64,000 nt of DNA, taken from positions 128,001-192,000 of the forward strand of contig CAWKBC010000034.1 of the NCBI GenBank assembly GCA_963847705.1, in the 5' to 3' direction. This DNA is from an uncultured Pseudomonadota bacterium (lineage in GTDB: Bacteria > Myxococcota_A > Polyangia > Fen-1088). The notes beneath the pieces were generated by a model. The model was not told the DNA's origin. It saw nothing but the letters and a program-made list of their open reading frames with translations, and made no database searches. Shown here piece by piece: positions 33,031 through 43,468 of the stretch. Each line of letters opens with the position of its first letter. Position 1 is the first letter of the stretch. A program made the translations under genes and the position numbers.

Positions 33031-34089
33031 TCAGCCGGTGGTGCGGCGGCGCGTCTGCCAGCTGTCGATGATCTCTCCCAGGATCTGGCGCAGCGAGATC
33101 TCGACCTTCCAGCCTGGAAAGTGGCTCTCGAGCTTCCTCAGGTCCGAGATGTAGCAGATGTGATCGCCGCGCCGGGGCTCGTCGACGTACTCGGTCTTGA
33201 GACGCGACCCCGAGAGCTCGGCGACCAGCTCCGCCGCCTCCAGGATGGAGCAGCTGTTCGGGCGTCCGCCGCCGATGTTGTAGACCTCGCCCGGACGAGG
33301 GGCCTCGTAGAAACGATGGATCGCCCGCAACACGTCCCGCGAGTGGATGTTGTCGCGAACCTGCTTCCCCTTGTAGCCGTAGATGCGGTAGGTGGTGCCG
33401 GTCAGCGCCGCCTTCACCAGGTACGACAAGAAGCCGTGTAGCTCGACGCCGCTGTGCTGCGGCCCGGTGAGGCAGCCCCCCCGGAACACGCCCACCTTGA
33501 GCCCGAAGTAACGCCCGTACTCCTGGGCCATGACGTCCGCCGCCACCTTCGAGGCGCCGAACAGCGAATGCAGGCAGCGATCGATCCGAAAGCTCTCGGC
33601 GATCCCGTTCCAGTCCTCCGGGCGCGCGTACTCCCAGCGGGTCGGCAGCTCCTTCAGCTCCAGCTCGTTGGGGGCGTCACCGTAGACCTTGTTGGTGCTG
33701 GTGAACGCCAGCACCGTCTCCGGCTGATGCCGCCGCACGCCCTCCAGAAAGTTGAGCGTTCCCCCGGCGTTGACGTCGAAGTCTTCGAACGGCATGCGCG
33801 CCGCCAGGTCGTGCGAAGGTTGGGCGGCGCAGTGAACGATCAGGTCGAAGCGCTGCTTGGACAGCAGGTCAAGCACCCCCTCCCGGTTGCGGATGTCCAG
33901 CTCGACGTGCTGAAAGCGCGGCGTCGCGCGCTGCAGCCGCTGCTGATTCCAGCGCGTGTCGCCGTCCGGTCCGAAGAAGACCGCGCGCATGTTGTTGTCG
34001 ACGCCCACCACGTCTGCGCCCAGCCCGTCGAAATAACCGACCGCCTCGGACCCGATGAGTCCGTTCGATCCCGTGACAAGGACCCGCAT
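33031..34089 (-). CDS. NDP-sugar epimerase/dehydratase (CDP-paratose 2-epimerase-like)
   Basis: [45 protein letters not shown]. Confidence 0.9.
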   Translation of the reverse strand: MRVLVTGSNGLIGSEAVGYFDGLGADVVGVDNNMRAVFFGPDGDTRWNQQRLQRATPRFQHVELDIRNREGVLDLLSKQRFDLIVHCAAQPSHDLAARMPFEDFDVNAGGTLNFLEGVRRHQPETVLAFTSTNKVYGDAPNELELKELPTRWEYARPEDWNGIAESFRIDRCLHSLFGASKVAADVMAQEYGRYFGLKVGVFRGGCLTGPQHSGVELHGFLSYLVKAALTGTTYRIYGYKGKQVRDNIHSRDVLRAIHRFYEAPRPGEVYNIGGGRPNSCSILEAAELVAELSGSRLKTEYVDEPRRGDHICYISDLRKLESHFPGWKVEISLRQILGEIIDSWQTRRRTTG

Positions 34090-34184
34090 GGCCGGAAGCT
34101 AACTCGACGGGTGGGCGGCGGCAAGGAATGCCGACGACGATCCTGGCCCCCCGTGCGGCAGAGGCGGTAAGCTCGCGGCGACGG

Positions 34185-35330
34185 ATGTCTTCGCACCGCC
34201 GCTTCGCGCTGGTCTGCCCCAACTACCATCCCGTGACCTGCGGCGTGGGCGACCATTCGATGCGCCTCGCCGCCGAGCTTGGCCGCCGCGGCTTCGAGGC
34301 GCGTGTCTTCACGCGCACACCCGTCGCCCCGCACCCGGAAGCGCCCGAGATCGTCGTCGTCGGTGAGAGCGGACCCACGCCCACGGTGATCGCCGAGCGC
34401 CTGCGGCGGCGAATCCTGGAGTACGCGCCCACCGACCTGATCATCCAGTACACCCCCCACATGCTCGGCGCCTGGCGGCTGGGCAGCCCCGCGATGCTGT
34501 GGTTGGCCGAGGCAGCCCGGCGACGGCGGATCAACGTCGTGCTGCTGGCGCACGAGCTGTTTCTCCCCTGGCGGCGACGGCCGGACCTCGCCCTCAGCGC
34601 GGCCATGGTCCGGGTTCAGCTGGCCGCCATGATGAAGGTGTCTGATCACGTCCTGGTAACGATGGAGACCCGGCTGGCCGAGATCGCCTGGCTGGCCAGA
34701 GCCGTGCGCCTGCGACGGCCGGCGGGTATCGTCCGCGTCGGCGCCAACGCGCTGCCTGTGACCCGCGCGCGGCGGCCCGGGCGCCTCCGGGTCGGCGTGT
34801 TCTCGACGCTGGCCAGCACCAAGCGGTTCGACGTGGTGCTCGACAGCTTCCGCCTGCTGCACGCGCGGCACCCCGAGGCCGAGCTGGTGTTGCTGGGCGA
34901 CTTCGGGTCACCCGACGACCCGCGCGTGCGCGCCCTGCACGCCGCCCTGCAGGCGCACCCGGGCCGTGCCCGCATCCGCGTCCCCGGCAAGCTGGCGCTC
35001 GACGCGATCGCCCGGGAGGTCTCCGAGCTGGACGCTTACCTGTTCCCGATGATCTCGGGAGCCAACACCCGCAGCGGGACCTTGCCCCTCGCTCTCGGTG
35101 CGGGGTTGCCCGTCGTCGCCATCAAGAGCTACGAGACCGACCCCCTGTTCGTCGACGGGGACAACCTGCTCTTCGCGCGCAGCCTCACGGGCGAGGCCTT
35201 CGCCGAACAGGTGCTCCGCCTGGTGGCCGATCCGGCGCTCGAGCTGCGGATATCGCAGGGCGCGAAAAGACTCTATGATGCGGACCTCTCTTGGGAGCGG
35301 ATCGGCGAGCAAGTGCTCTCGCAAATCTGA
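34185..35330 (+). CDS. Glycosyltransferase, GT-B (family 4-like)
   Basis: CGVGDH, LLAHE, KRFD.VL, RSGTL..AL..GLPVV, LSWERI. Confidence 0.82.
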   Translation: MSSHRRFALVCPNYHPVTCGVGDHSMRLAAELGRRGFEARVFTRTPVAPHPEAPEIVVVGESGPTPTVIAERLRRRILEYAPTDLIIQYTPHMLGAWRLGSPAMLWLAEAARRRRINVVLLAHELFLPWRRRPDLALSAAMVRVQLAAMMKVSDHVLVTMETRLAEIAWLARAVRLRRPAGIVRVGANALPVTRARRPGRLRVGVFSTLASTKRFDVVLDSFRLLHARHPEAELVLLGDFGSPDDPRVRALHAALQAHPGRARIRVPGKLALDAIAREVSELDAYLFPMISGANTRSGTLPLALGAGLPVVAIKSYETDPLFVDGDNLLFARSLTGEAFAEQVLRLVADPALELRISQGAKRLYDADLSWERIGEQVLSQI

Positions 35331-35350
35331 GGAACCCTCCTGCCCAACCG

Positions 35351-36088
35351 ATGATCTCTAAGACCGATGTGCTCTGGAGGCTGCGCCGGGTCCTCAATCG
35401 CACCGGTCTGGACGTGGTCCTCTACCGCCACACGCGCCATCCGGTGGCCCGCCGGAAACACCTCTTCTCCCATCACGGGATAGACCTGGTCCTCGACGTG
35501 GGCGCCAACGCCGGCCAGTACGGACGGTTTCTGCGAAACATCGGCTACCTCGGGCGGATCACCTCGTTCGAGCCGCTGTCATCGGCGTTCGCCGCGCTCG
35601 AGCGCACCCGGGCGGGGGATCCGCTGTGGGAGGCACAGCGGGTGGCGCTCAGCGACCGGGAGGGCTTCGCGACCCTGAACCGCGCCGGGAACTCCGAGTC
35701 GAGCTCGTTCCTTCCGATGCTGCCCGCCCACCTCGCCGCCTTTCCGGAGTCCCGCTACGTCAACACCGAGCGGGTCCCCATGACCACGCTGGCGCGGGTG
35801 GTCGCCACCGTCCCGGCCGACGCCCGGGTGTTCCTGAAGGTCGATACCCAGGGCCACGAGCGGGCCGTCCTCGAGGGCGCGGGCGCCGCCCTGGAGCGCT
35901 TCAGCGGCGTTCAGCTCGAGATGTCGATCGTCCCCTGTTACGACGGAGAGCTGCTCATGCCTGAGATGATCGCCTACATGTCCGGGCGCGGCTTCGCGCT
36001 CATGAGCCTCGAGCCCGGGGCGAGCGACCGGCGCACCGGGCAGCTCCTCCAGCTTGACGGGCTCTTCTTCCGCGCACCGCCGAGTTGA
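35351..36088 (+). CDS. FkbM family methyltransferase
   Basis: VLDVGANAGQYG, SFEP, SSS(F)L, LKVDTQGHE..VL.GA. Confidence 0.92.
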   Translation: MISKTDVLWRLRRVLNRTGLDVVLYRHTRHPVARRKHLFSHHGIDLVLDVGANAGQYGRFLRNIGYLGRITSFEPLSSAFAALERTRAGDPLWEAQRVALSDREGFATLNRAGNSESSSFLPMLPAHLAAFPESRYVNTERVPMTTLARVVATVPADARVFLKVDTQGHERAVLEGAGAALERFSGVQLEMSIVPCYDGELLMPEMIAYMSGRGFALMSLEPGASDRRTGQLLQLDGLFFRAPPS

Positions 36089-36100
36089 CGGCGGTCGCCC

Positions 36101-37306
36101 TCATCTCGGGTCGAGCGGCGGCACCAGCGCGTTCAGAGGTCCCAGCAGGGCCGCCTGGTTGGCGGGCAGGTCGTAGTGGGCGCGCCTGAGCCGCTCGGCA
36201 GGGACGTGCTGGCTGCGGTGCGCGTCGGGGAGATTCCACAGCCTGAGCAGCCGGGTGACACCTTCCTCGACCCGCTCGTTGCCCCACCAGGCGACGTAGT
36301 CCGTCATGCCGGAGAGGTGAGCGATCGAGCTGTCCAGCGGCGCGTGCGCGAAGAGCGGCCGCGCCGCGAGCAGGTAGCTGCTCAGCTTGGTCGGGAACGA
36401 CGTCTGGCGGAGAACCGCCGCGCGCCGAGAGAAAGGGTAGTTGAGGTAGAGCGCGAAACAGCGGCTCAGGCGCTCGATGGCGTGGCGCTCGTCGAGGTGG
36501 CCGGTGACCTCGACGTCGATCCGGCCGCCGACCTCGGCGCGCAGGCGCTCGCCCGGCCCCTGTCCGATCATGACGATGCGCCCACGCGCGCCTACCCGGC
36601 CCGCGGCCTCTTCGAGCACTCTGGCCAGCAGGGGCAGCTGATCGTAGCCGTAGGTGTTGCCCATGACGCCGATCTCCAGCGACCCACCGGCCAGGTGGGC
36701 CGGCCGCTCGAGGACCGGCTCGGCGATGCCGCGGTGAACGATGGTGGAGGCGATTCCGTATCGCTCCCGGTATCTGCGGGCCATGCCCTCGCAGACCACG
36801 TCCACCGAACGAGCCCGGCGCAGCGCGTACCCGAAGTCGCGTTCGATGAGCGGCAGCAGCGCGACATGCCGCCGCGACATCAGGGCCACACCGAACGCGG
36901 GGTCGTCGTGAACCGAGAGGTGGACGGGCAGTGACGGCCGGCTCAGCAGCCGCGCCGCCACGTGCACCATCGCCCCGTGCATGACGATCCAGAGCGCGCG
37001 CGCCTGGCGCTGCCGCGCGACGACCTCGACCTCCCGCGCCAGACGCCACGACAGCAGGCCGTCGATGGTCACCGAGCGCGTGGCCAGGCGGCTTGCCAGC
37101 ACCGACGGGAGCCCGAGCGAGCCCCGTCGCAGCCCGATCTCCAGCGGACCCGCCGCGCCGGTCATGGAGGGAGAGGCCCAGAGCACCCGCTGACGCACCT
37201 CGCCCGGCAAGAGGCTCCGCAGGATCACGGCGCCTCCACCGCCCGCCGCCGGCGGGTAGTCCGTGAGCAGCAACAACGGGGTCTCGGCGGTGTATCGCTC
37301 CAACAT
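36101..37306 (-). CDS. Glycosyltransferase-like protein (GT-B)
   Basis: YPP..GGG, VHDD, MARRY...YG, SFPTKLSSYL.A.RP. Confidence 0.7.
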   Translation of the reverse strand: MLERYTAETPLLLLTDYPPAAGGGGAVILRSLLPGEVRQRVLWASPSMTGAAGPLEIGLRRGSLGLPSVLASRLATRSVTIDGLLSWRLAREVEVVARQRQARALWIVMHGAMVHVAARLLSRPSLPVHLSVHDDPAFGVALMSRRHVALLPLIERDFGYALRRARSVDVVCEGMARRYRERYGIASTIVHRGIAEPVLERPAHLAGGSLEIGVMGNTYGYDQLPLLARVLEEAAGRVGARGRIVMIGQGPGERLRAEVGGRIDVEVTGHLDERHAIERLSRCFALYLNYPFSRRAAVLRQTSFPTKLSSYLLAARPLFAHAPLDSSIAHLSGMTDYVAWWGNERVEEGVTRLLRLWNLPDAHRSQHVPAERLRRAHYDLPANQAALLGPLNALVPPLDPR

Positions 37307-37340
37307 CAGCGGCGGCACGATAGCACGGGCGAAAATCCCC

Positions 37341-38203
37341 TCAGCCGAACTGTGGGGCCAGCCGCGCGCGCTCAATCGCGTCGGAGGGCGCGTCGGTCGG
37401 AAGGGGAACATCGGGACGGGAGAGCCGGGCCAGCCAGCCGCGGTCGAGCGGCCGCTCGAGGTCGCTCACCGCGACTGCGGCCGCCGTGGTCTGCGCCTTG
37501 TCGCCGATGGCGTCACCGACGCCGACCGCCCAGCCAGCCAGCAGCAGGGCCAGGCGCGTCGCGGTCGAAGCGCTGTAGGTGTAGAGCGCGCAGCGGGGAC
37601 CGGCGAGGCGCCGCGCCTCCGAGAACGCGGCCACCGTCCAGAGGGCCGGGTTCGCGCGCGGCGAGAAGGGATCCCAGTAGATGACGTCGGCGCGAGACCT
37701 CTGCCGGGCCAGCGTCTCCAGGAGATCGCCGCGGACCAGGCGCCAGTGCGTCCGCGCGGTCTCGTGCGCATCGTGGGCCAGGAGGGCGCGGGCGGCGTCG
37801 GCGGGCTCGCCGCGCCAGCCGAAGGGTTCGCCGGCCGCCAGCGCCAGCTCGAGCGCGCCGAGCTCGCGTTCGAAGCTGACGAGCTCGAGGAGCGCCGCGC
37901 TGTCCGGCAGCCCCTCGGATGCGCACCGCGCCGCCAGCGCGTTCGAGCCAGCACCCAGGCCCACATCGAACAGGACCAGGCGACCGGCACCCTGCCCTGC
38001 CGCCTCCCTTGCCACCAACCTCTCCGGAGCCGCGACTGCCGGACGTAGAGCTGCTCGGCCTCGACGAGAGGACCGACGCCCGGGTGCATGACCTCGCCGT
38101 CGGCGAGGCTGCGCATCGCCAGCGCGCCGCCGCGCGTCCGGACGATTTCGTGGCTCACGCGCGGGTGGCTGGCGCGCTCCTGGCTCGGGCGGTCGTCGCT
38201 CAC
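37341..38203 (-). CDS. MnmD/MnmC-N-like SAM methyltransferase, apparent frameshift near 38024
   Basis: The N-part (GEVMHP..GPL.EA..LYV.QS.L) is in ORF 37466..38203 and the C-part (FDVGLGAGSNA, SFE, IYWDPFSP..NP.LW, YTYS.ST..R..LL.AG) is in ORF 37341..38252. GTGA overlap with the tgt stop. Confidence 0.75.
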
Positions 38204-39360
38204 GCGCGCACCCTGGCGTGCTCGTGGCGATCGATCTCGGCCAGTCGCTCACGCGCGAAGCTGGCGTAGACGCCTTTGTCGATCGCCTCGCGCGCCTGTC
38301 GCATCAGCTCCAGGTAGTGGTGGAGGTTGTGGATGCTGAGGAGGCGCGGCCCGAGCGGCTCGCTGCACTTGAAGAGGTGGTGCAGGTAGCTGCGACTGAA
38401 GGTCCGGCAGGTCGAGCAGGCGCAGCGCGCGTCGAGGGCCTCGTCGACCGCCGCGTTGGCCCCGCGCGTGACGCGCACGCGCCCCGTCCAGGTGAAGGCC
38501 GTCCCCTGCCAGGCCAGGTGTGTCGGCAGCACGCAGTCGAACATGTCGACGCCGCAGCCGATGGCGTAGAGGAGATCGGGCGGCGTGCCGACGCCCATCA
38601 GGTACCGCGGCTTCGCCTCCGGCAGGAGATCGACCGCCAGGCCCGTGACCTCCTCGCGCTCGGCCCGCGTGTCCCCCACCGCCAGGCCGCCGATCGCGAA
38701 GCCGTCGAAGGAGTGCTCGGTCAGGAAGGCGGCCGATTGCCGCCGCAGCGCCGGGACCAGGCCCCCCTGCACGATGGCGAACAGCGCCTGCGCCGGGTTC
38801 TTGCGCGCCGCCAGGCTGCGCAGCGCCCAGCGGTGCGTCCGCTCCATGGCCGCCCGCACGGCCGCCTCCTCGGCCGTCGACGGGACGCACTCGTCGAGCG
38901 CCATCATGATGTCCGACCCCAGCGCCGTCTGCATGTCGATCGACGTCTCGGGGGTGAGGTGATGGCGGCGGCTGTCGATGTAGCTGCGAAAGCGCGCGCC
39001 GCTCTCGTCGATGGTGCGGTCGGCCGGCAGCGAGAAGATCTGATAGCCGCCCGAGTCGGTGAGCACGGCCCGCGGCCAGCGCATGAAGGCGTGCAGACCG
39101 CCGACCCGCCGGAACAGCTCGGGCCCCGGCCGAAGCAGCAGGTGATAGGTGTTGGCCAGCAAGATCGGCGCGTCGAGCGTCAGCAGATCGTCCGGTGTCA
39201 GCCCGGTCACCGTGGCGCGGGTCCCGACTGGCATGAAGACGGGCGTCTCGATCGCTCCGCGCGACGTCAGCAGCGTCCCCCGCCGCGCGCGCGAGCCGGG
39301 ATCGCTGGCGCCGCGAAGGAAGCGCAGCGGGGAGGTGGGGGGTGGGTCGGCTGTTTCCAA
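38200..39360 (-). CDS. tgt: tRNA-guanine transglycosylase, divergent
   Basis: ETPVFMPVGT, LANTYHL, TDSGGYQIFSL, LDEC, IVQGG, YLMGVG, DMFDCV, Zn site CACSTC..H; start uncertain. Confidence 0.92.
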   Translation of the reverse strand: METADPPPTSPLRFLRGASDPGSRARRGTLLTSRGAIETPVFMPVGTRATVTGLTPDDLLTLDAPILLANTYHLLLRPGPELFRRVGGLHAFMRWPRAVLTDSGGYQIFSLPADRTIDESGARFRSYIDSRRHHLTPETSIDMQTALGSDIMMALDECVPSTAEEAAVRAAMERTHRWALRSLAARKNPAQALFAIVQGGLVPALRRQSAAFLTEHSFDGFAIGGLAVGDTRAEREEVTGLAVDLLPEAKPRYLMGVGTPPDLLYAIGCGVDMFDCVLPTHLAWQGTAFTWTGRVRVTRGANAAVDEALDARCACSTCRTFSRSYLHHLFKCSEPLGPRLLSIHNLHHYLELMRQAREAIDKGVYASFARERLAEIDRHEHARVRA

Positions 39361-39521
39361 GCGGGCGCGACAGGCTACAACATTGCTACCGTCGTCGATC
39401 GCGCCGAGGGTCGAGGTCGAGGGGGATCCACGCTCAGCTCCAGCGGCGCCGTCCGCTGGAGCGAGGCTCGGCAATCGCGTCGAAAAGCAGGAGGGCGAAC
39501 AGCGCCGACATCAGGGGGCGC

Positions 39522-40568
39522 TCACCGGCCGGCGCCCCGCAGCAGGCGGCGAACCTCCAGGGCCACCCGTCCCATGGGACGCCGGATGACGTCCGGTAGA
39601 CGGCCCACCATCATCATCGCACGCAGGTCGGGGCGAGTGACCATGGCCTCGGCGCGCGAGAGGACGGCGGCCACCTCGTCGCCATGGTTGTTCTCGAGCA
39701 GCGCGAACACCAGCGATCCCACCGTTCGCGCATATTGCGGTTCGACGAAGGATCGGAACTCGCGCAGCGCTGGATCCTCGAGATACCGCTGCAGGACGAG
39801 CTCCGACTGGCGCAGGGCACGGAGACGCCCTTGGCTCGATCCCCAGGAGCGGGTCTCGGACTGGTTGTGGACGCGGTAGCGCGTCAGCCGGCGCGGCTCG
39901 TAGTAGGCCCTCGCGCCGGTGCGCGCGGAGAGGTACGTGATCCAGAGGTCGTAGAAGGTCCCTACCCCGTCGGGAAAATCGGTCCAGTCGATCGCCGACT
40001 TCCTGAACAGCGCGGCCATCGCGGCGGGGACCACCCGATGCAACACCACCTCGGCCAGAAACCGATCGATCGGGCCGCGTGGCAGGGCGCTGCGGTACCA
40101 GAAGCGCGTATTCTGATCGCTGAGCTCCGGGTTCAGGCTGCCGTCCTCGTTCATCACGTGATGATCGGAGAAGGCCACGCTCATCGAATCGTCGGCCTCC
40201 AGAGCCGGAACGAGGCTGGCCAAGAAGTCCGGCTCCCAGGTGTCGTCGTCGTGAATCGTGGCCACGTACTTCCCGTTGGCCGCGGCCAGCGCCGCCCAGA
40301 TGTTGGCGCCCATCCCGACATTCTTGGGGTTCCGTCGGTATTTGACCCCGCGCGCCTCGTACCTCGAGACGACCGCCCCGTAGACGTCCTCGGTGCTGGC
40401 GTCATCGCTCACCACGATCTCGACGCGGGGGTAGGTCTGAGCCAGGGCGCTCTCGATCGCGTCCGAGAGGAAGCGCACGCGATTGAAGGTCGGGATCACC
40501 ACCGTGACGAGCGGAGCCTCCTCGGCAACCGCCACCGCACCTGCGTCTCGGGTTTCGGCCAAGGTCAC
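39522..40568 (-). CDS. Glycosyltransferase family 2
   Basis: VTVVIPTFNR, VVSDDAST, IHDDD, YRVH. Confidence 0.92.
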   Translation of the reverse strand: MTLAETRDAGAVAVAEEAPLVTVVIPTFNRVRFLSDAIESALAQTYPRVEIVVSDDASTEDVYGAVVSRYEARGVKYRRNPKNVGMGANIWAALAAANGKYVATIHDDDTWEPDFLASLVPALEADDSMSVAFSDHHVMNEDGSLNPELSDQNTRFWYRSALPRGPIDRFLAEVVLHRVVPAAMAALFRKSAIDWTDFPDGVGTFYDLWITYLSARTGARAYYEPRRLTRYRVHNQSETRSWGSSQGRLRALRQSELVLQRYLEDPALREFRSFVEPQYARTVGSLVFALLENNHGDEVAAVLSRAEAMVTRPDLRAMMMVGRLPDVIRRPMGRVALEVRRLLRGAGR

Positions 40569-40678
40569 TCTTTTAGACTACGTTTGCCATGGTGTTCAAC
40601 CGCAGCCGGTGAAAAGAGCACCTGCCACTTCCGGTCGAACGAGATTGCCCCTCGCATCGTATCCAAACCGCCCCGCGC

Positions 40679-40740
40679 TTGCAGTGACTTAACTCAAGTG
40701 GGGGCCGGAGGATCGGACCTCCGACATTCTGCTCTCCAAG
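40679..40740 (-). repeat. Degenerate copy of the tRNA-Pro 3' half and flank (putative distal att site)
   Basis: gtgggggccggaggatcgga-cctccgacattctgctctccaag vs gtcggggcgagaggatttgaacctccgacattctgctcccaaag (52198-52241); 18-bp perfect core acctccgacattctgctc (40717-40734 = 52218-52235). Confidence 0.85.
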
Positions 40741-41078
40741 TTTTGAGGCAGGTGGGTCCGGACGTGGCGAACCGATCGAACCATCTGAGATGATTACAGA
40801 ATCAGCTCGTTCGTTTTCGCCGACACGAGGTTGGTGTACGTCGGCGTGGAGGTGTGCTGCCGGATGAACTCGTCGATCTCCGCCGGCCTCTGTTCACGTT
40901 CATGTTGAACCGCGTCCCGCTCCCCCTCATCCAGACGTGCAGCGGAAACATGTGGCGGTGCGCACCCGCCAGGATCCAGCCCAAGCTCCCACGACGATGG
41001 ACCAAGCATCGTCCCGGAGCTTCCGGACCAACCCCTCCGGAGCTGCGCCCGACTGTGGCGCTCACCACACCGGTGCGG

Positions 41079-41741
41079 TCAGCGGCCGGCGACGGTCGAT
41101 GGCTTGCCGGCGTTGACCGCCAGCTGAGCGTCGAAGGCGCGCTTGTAGGCAGGCCGCGCTTCGCCGCGGGCCACATAGGCGGAGAGGTTCGAATATTCGT
41201 CCAGCAGCCCTGACGCTCTCAACCTGAGCAGCACCGACACCATCATCAGGTCGCCTGCGCTGAACGCGCCATCGAGCCAGTCGGCATCGCCGAGGCGGCG
41301 GGAGAGCTGGCCCAGCCTGTTGCGGATGCGCTCCTCGACGAGAGGCATGCGTTGTGCGGACCAGGGCCTGTCGCCCTCGAGGATCCTGGCGGTCACGAGC
41401 TCGAGGATGGGCGGCTCCACCGTGCTGAGCGCGGCGAACATCCAGGCGATGGCGCGCGCCCGGGCATTCGCCTGGCCCGGCAGCAAGCCCGGGTGTCGCT
41501 CGGCGATGTGAAACACGATCGCCCCTGTCTCGAACAGCGCGAGATCGGCTTCCTCATAGGTCGGGATCTGGCCGAAGGGATGAAGCGCCACATGCGCGGG
41601 TTCCTTCATCGCACCAAACGAAACGAGGCGAACCTGGTAGGGTTGGCCCACCTCTTCCAGCGCCCAGCGAACGCGCGTGTCACGCGCCAGCCCCTTGCCG
41701 CCGTCAGGTGACCGTTCAAAGGCGGTGATCGTGATGGTCAT
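41079..41741 (-). CDS. Glutathione S-transferase family protein
   Basis: [37 protein letters not shown]. Confidence 0.92.
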   Translation of the reverse strand: MTITITAFERSPDGGKGLARDTRVRWALEEVGQPYQVRLVSFGAMKEPAHVALHPFGQIPTYEEADLALFETGAIVFHIAERHPGLLPGQANARARAIAWMFAALSTVEPPILELVTARILEGDRPWSAQRMPLVEERIRNRLGQLSRRLGDADWLDGAFSAGDLMMVSVLLRLRASGLLDEYSNLSAYVARGEARPAYKRAFDAQLAVNAGKPSTVAGR

Positions 41742-41768
41742 CGGTCAATACTCGCCCTGGTGCGCTCA

Positions 41769-42389
41769 CTATAGCCGGAGGTGGGCCAGGAACATCTCGG
41801 CGATCGCGGCCGCCCAGCGGTCGACCTCGGGGCGGCTGCGGGCGGTCTCGGAGACGTGCTTGCCCATCCCCGCCAGCGTGGCGACGTAGAGTCGAGCGGC
41901 GAAGGCGCGACGGCGGCGCGGAAGGTCGGGTGCCGCCTGGGCGATGAGCGCGCGCAAGAGCGGCATCCCGCGGGCGCGGTGCTCGCGGGCCTGGGGCGCG
42001 TCCCGGTAGAGGGGGGCGGCATCGCCCAGCGCACGCCGCAGCGGCGCCTCTTCATACTCGGAGCGAAAGAAGGCGCGCAGGGCGGCGCGCAGGCGCTCGG
42101 CGGCCCCCAGCCGCTGGTCCGTGAAGATCCCATCCAGGAGGCGGCCGGTGGCCATCCACTCGTCCTGCTGCAGGCGAAAGAGGATCGCCTGCTTGTTGGG
42201 AAAGTACTGGTAAAGCGAGCCGACGCTGACCCCGGCCCGCTCGGCGACCCGCACGGTCGTGAAGCCGGCAGCCCCCTCTCGCTCGAGAACGCGAACCGCC
42301 CCCTGGAGGATGGCCTCGACCAGGCGGTTCGAGCGGGCCTGCTGCGGCCGTTTTCTCGGGACAATGACGACGGCCGGCTTTCTGGGCAC
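41769..42389 (-). CDS. TetR family regulator
   Basis: RKRPQQARS, FTTVRVAERAGVSVGSLYQYFPNK. Confidence 0.92.
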   Translation of the reverse strand: MPRKPAVVIVPRKRPQQARSNRLVEAILQGAVRVLEREGAAGFTTVRVAERAGVSVGSLYQYFPNKQAILFRLQQDEWMATGRLLDGIFTDQRLGAAERLRAALRAFFRSEYEEAPLRRALGDAAPLYRDAPQAREHRARGMPLLRALIAQAAPDLPRRRRAFAARLYVATLAGMGKHVSETARSRPEVDRWAAAIAEMFLAHLRL

Positions 42390-42399
42390 GCACGCTCCG

Positions 42400-42434
42400 A
42401 ATGCGAATTGTGAACGCGAAGGTAAATTCGTATT
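42400..42434. promoter_or_regulatory. Inverted repeat, putative TetR operator
   Basis: AATGCGAATT-N15-AATTCGTATT between divergent tetR and methyltransferase genes. Confidence 0.55.
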
Positions 42435-42476
42435 TTAGACCTGTCGCCCACCAGCCGCCAACAGGTAGGTCATCTC

Positions 42477-43145
42477 ATGTCCAGCACACTCACCGCCTCG
42501 CCCGTCGCCCCGCTGCTCGATCGGCTGTACGCCGACGCCGCCCGCAGCGGAAAGCTCCTCGGCCAGATGTTCGGCCACCTCACGCGCGAAGAGCGCCTGG
42601 CGCGGATGTCGGATCCGAACGCCGACTACCGCGCCTTCTTCGGCAAAGCCCGGGAGATCCACATGCCGGTCTCGCGGGCCACCGGGGCGCTTCTGTACAT
42701 GCTGGCCCGGGGCAACGGCGCCCGCGCCGTCGTCGAGTTCGGGACCTCGTTCGGGCTCTCCACGATTCACCTGGCCGCCGCCCTCCGCGACAACGGCGGC
42801 GGCAAGCTGATCGGCAGCGAGTTCGAGCCCCACAAGCTGGCCCAGGCCCGCGCCAACCTGGAGGCCGCCGGGCTCGCCGATCTGGTCGAGATCCGGGAGG
42901 GTGACGCGCTGGAGACCCTGGCCCGCGATCTCCCCGGCACCGTCGACCTCCTGCTGCTCGACGGCCACAAGCCGCTCTACGGCAAGATCCTGGCGCTGGT
43001 CGCCCCCCGCCTGCGCGCCGGCTCCTACGTGGTCGCCGACAACGCGGACGCCTGCCCCGACTACAAGGCCCACATCCGCGCCTCCGGCTCCGGCTACCTC
43101 TCGATCCCGTTCGGCGAGGATGTCGAGCTCACGATGAAGCTGTGA
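42477..43145 (+). CDS. O-methyltransferase (class I SAM)
   Basis: VVEFGTSFGLSTIHLA, EGDALETL, LLLDG.K..Y, VVADN. Confidence 0.9.
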   Translation: MSSTLTASPVAPLLDRLYADAARSGKLLGQMFGHLTREERLARMSDPNADYRAFFGKAREIHMPVSRATGALLYMLARGNGARAVVEFGTSFGLSTIHLAAALRDNGGGKLIGSEFEPHKLAQARANLEAAGLADLVEIREGDALETLARDLPGTVDLLLLDGHKPLYGKILALVAPRLRAGSYVVADNADACPDYKAHIRASGSGYLSIPFGEDVELTMKL

Positions 43146-43214
43146 GGTCCGCGCTTCGCGCCTGGGATCTCGGATCACAGTTCCAGAGTGGTTCGTGGCG
43201 TGCGCGTGGACCCG

Positions 43215-43400
43215 CCCGGCCATCGAGCTGGAGCACATCTTCGTTCGATCGATACTGGCAGGCGCGTCGCGCACGGAGCGCCGGCTCAGGGCTCGGCCTG
43301 CGCATCGCGAAGGGGATCGTCGAAGCGCACGGCCAGCGCATCTGGGACGAGAGCAGCCGGGGCGCGGGAGCTGCGTTCTGTTTCACATTGGTCGCGCAGG
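43215..43400 (+). pseudogene. Histidine kinase HATPase C-terminal remnant
   Basis: LEHIF|DRYWQA..GSGLGL.IAKGIVEAHG.RIW.ES..G.GA.F.FTL, split by a TTCG duplication at 43240-43247; no N-terminal part. Confidence 0.75.
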
Positions 43401-43468
43401 TTCCCGCCGCACCGACCCACGCCTCCCCTGAGCCGAGCACCAGAGACGGCGCTCACCGGAGGCCGGCG

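Noticed and set aside
40698-40740. Possible second tRNA gene
   Set aside because: Only the 3' half is present, with a broken T-loop and no D arm or 5' acceptor strand; treated as an att remnant.
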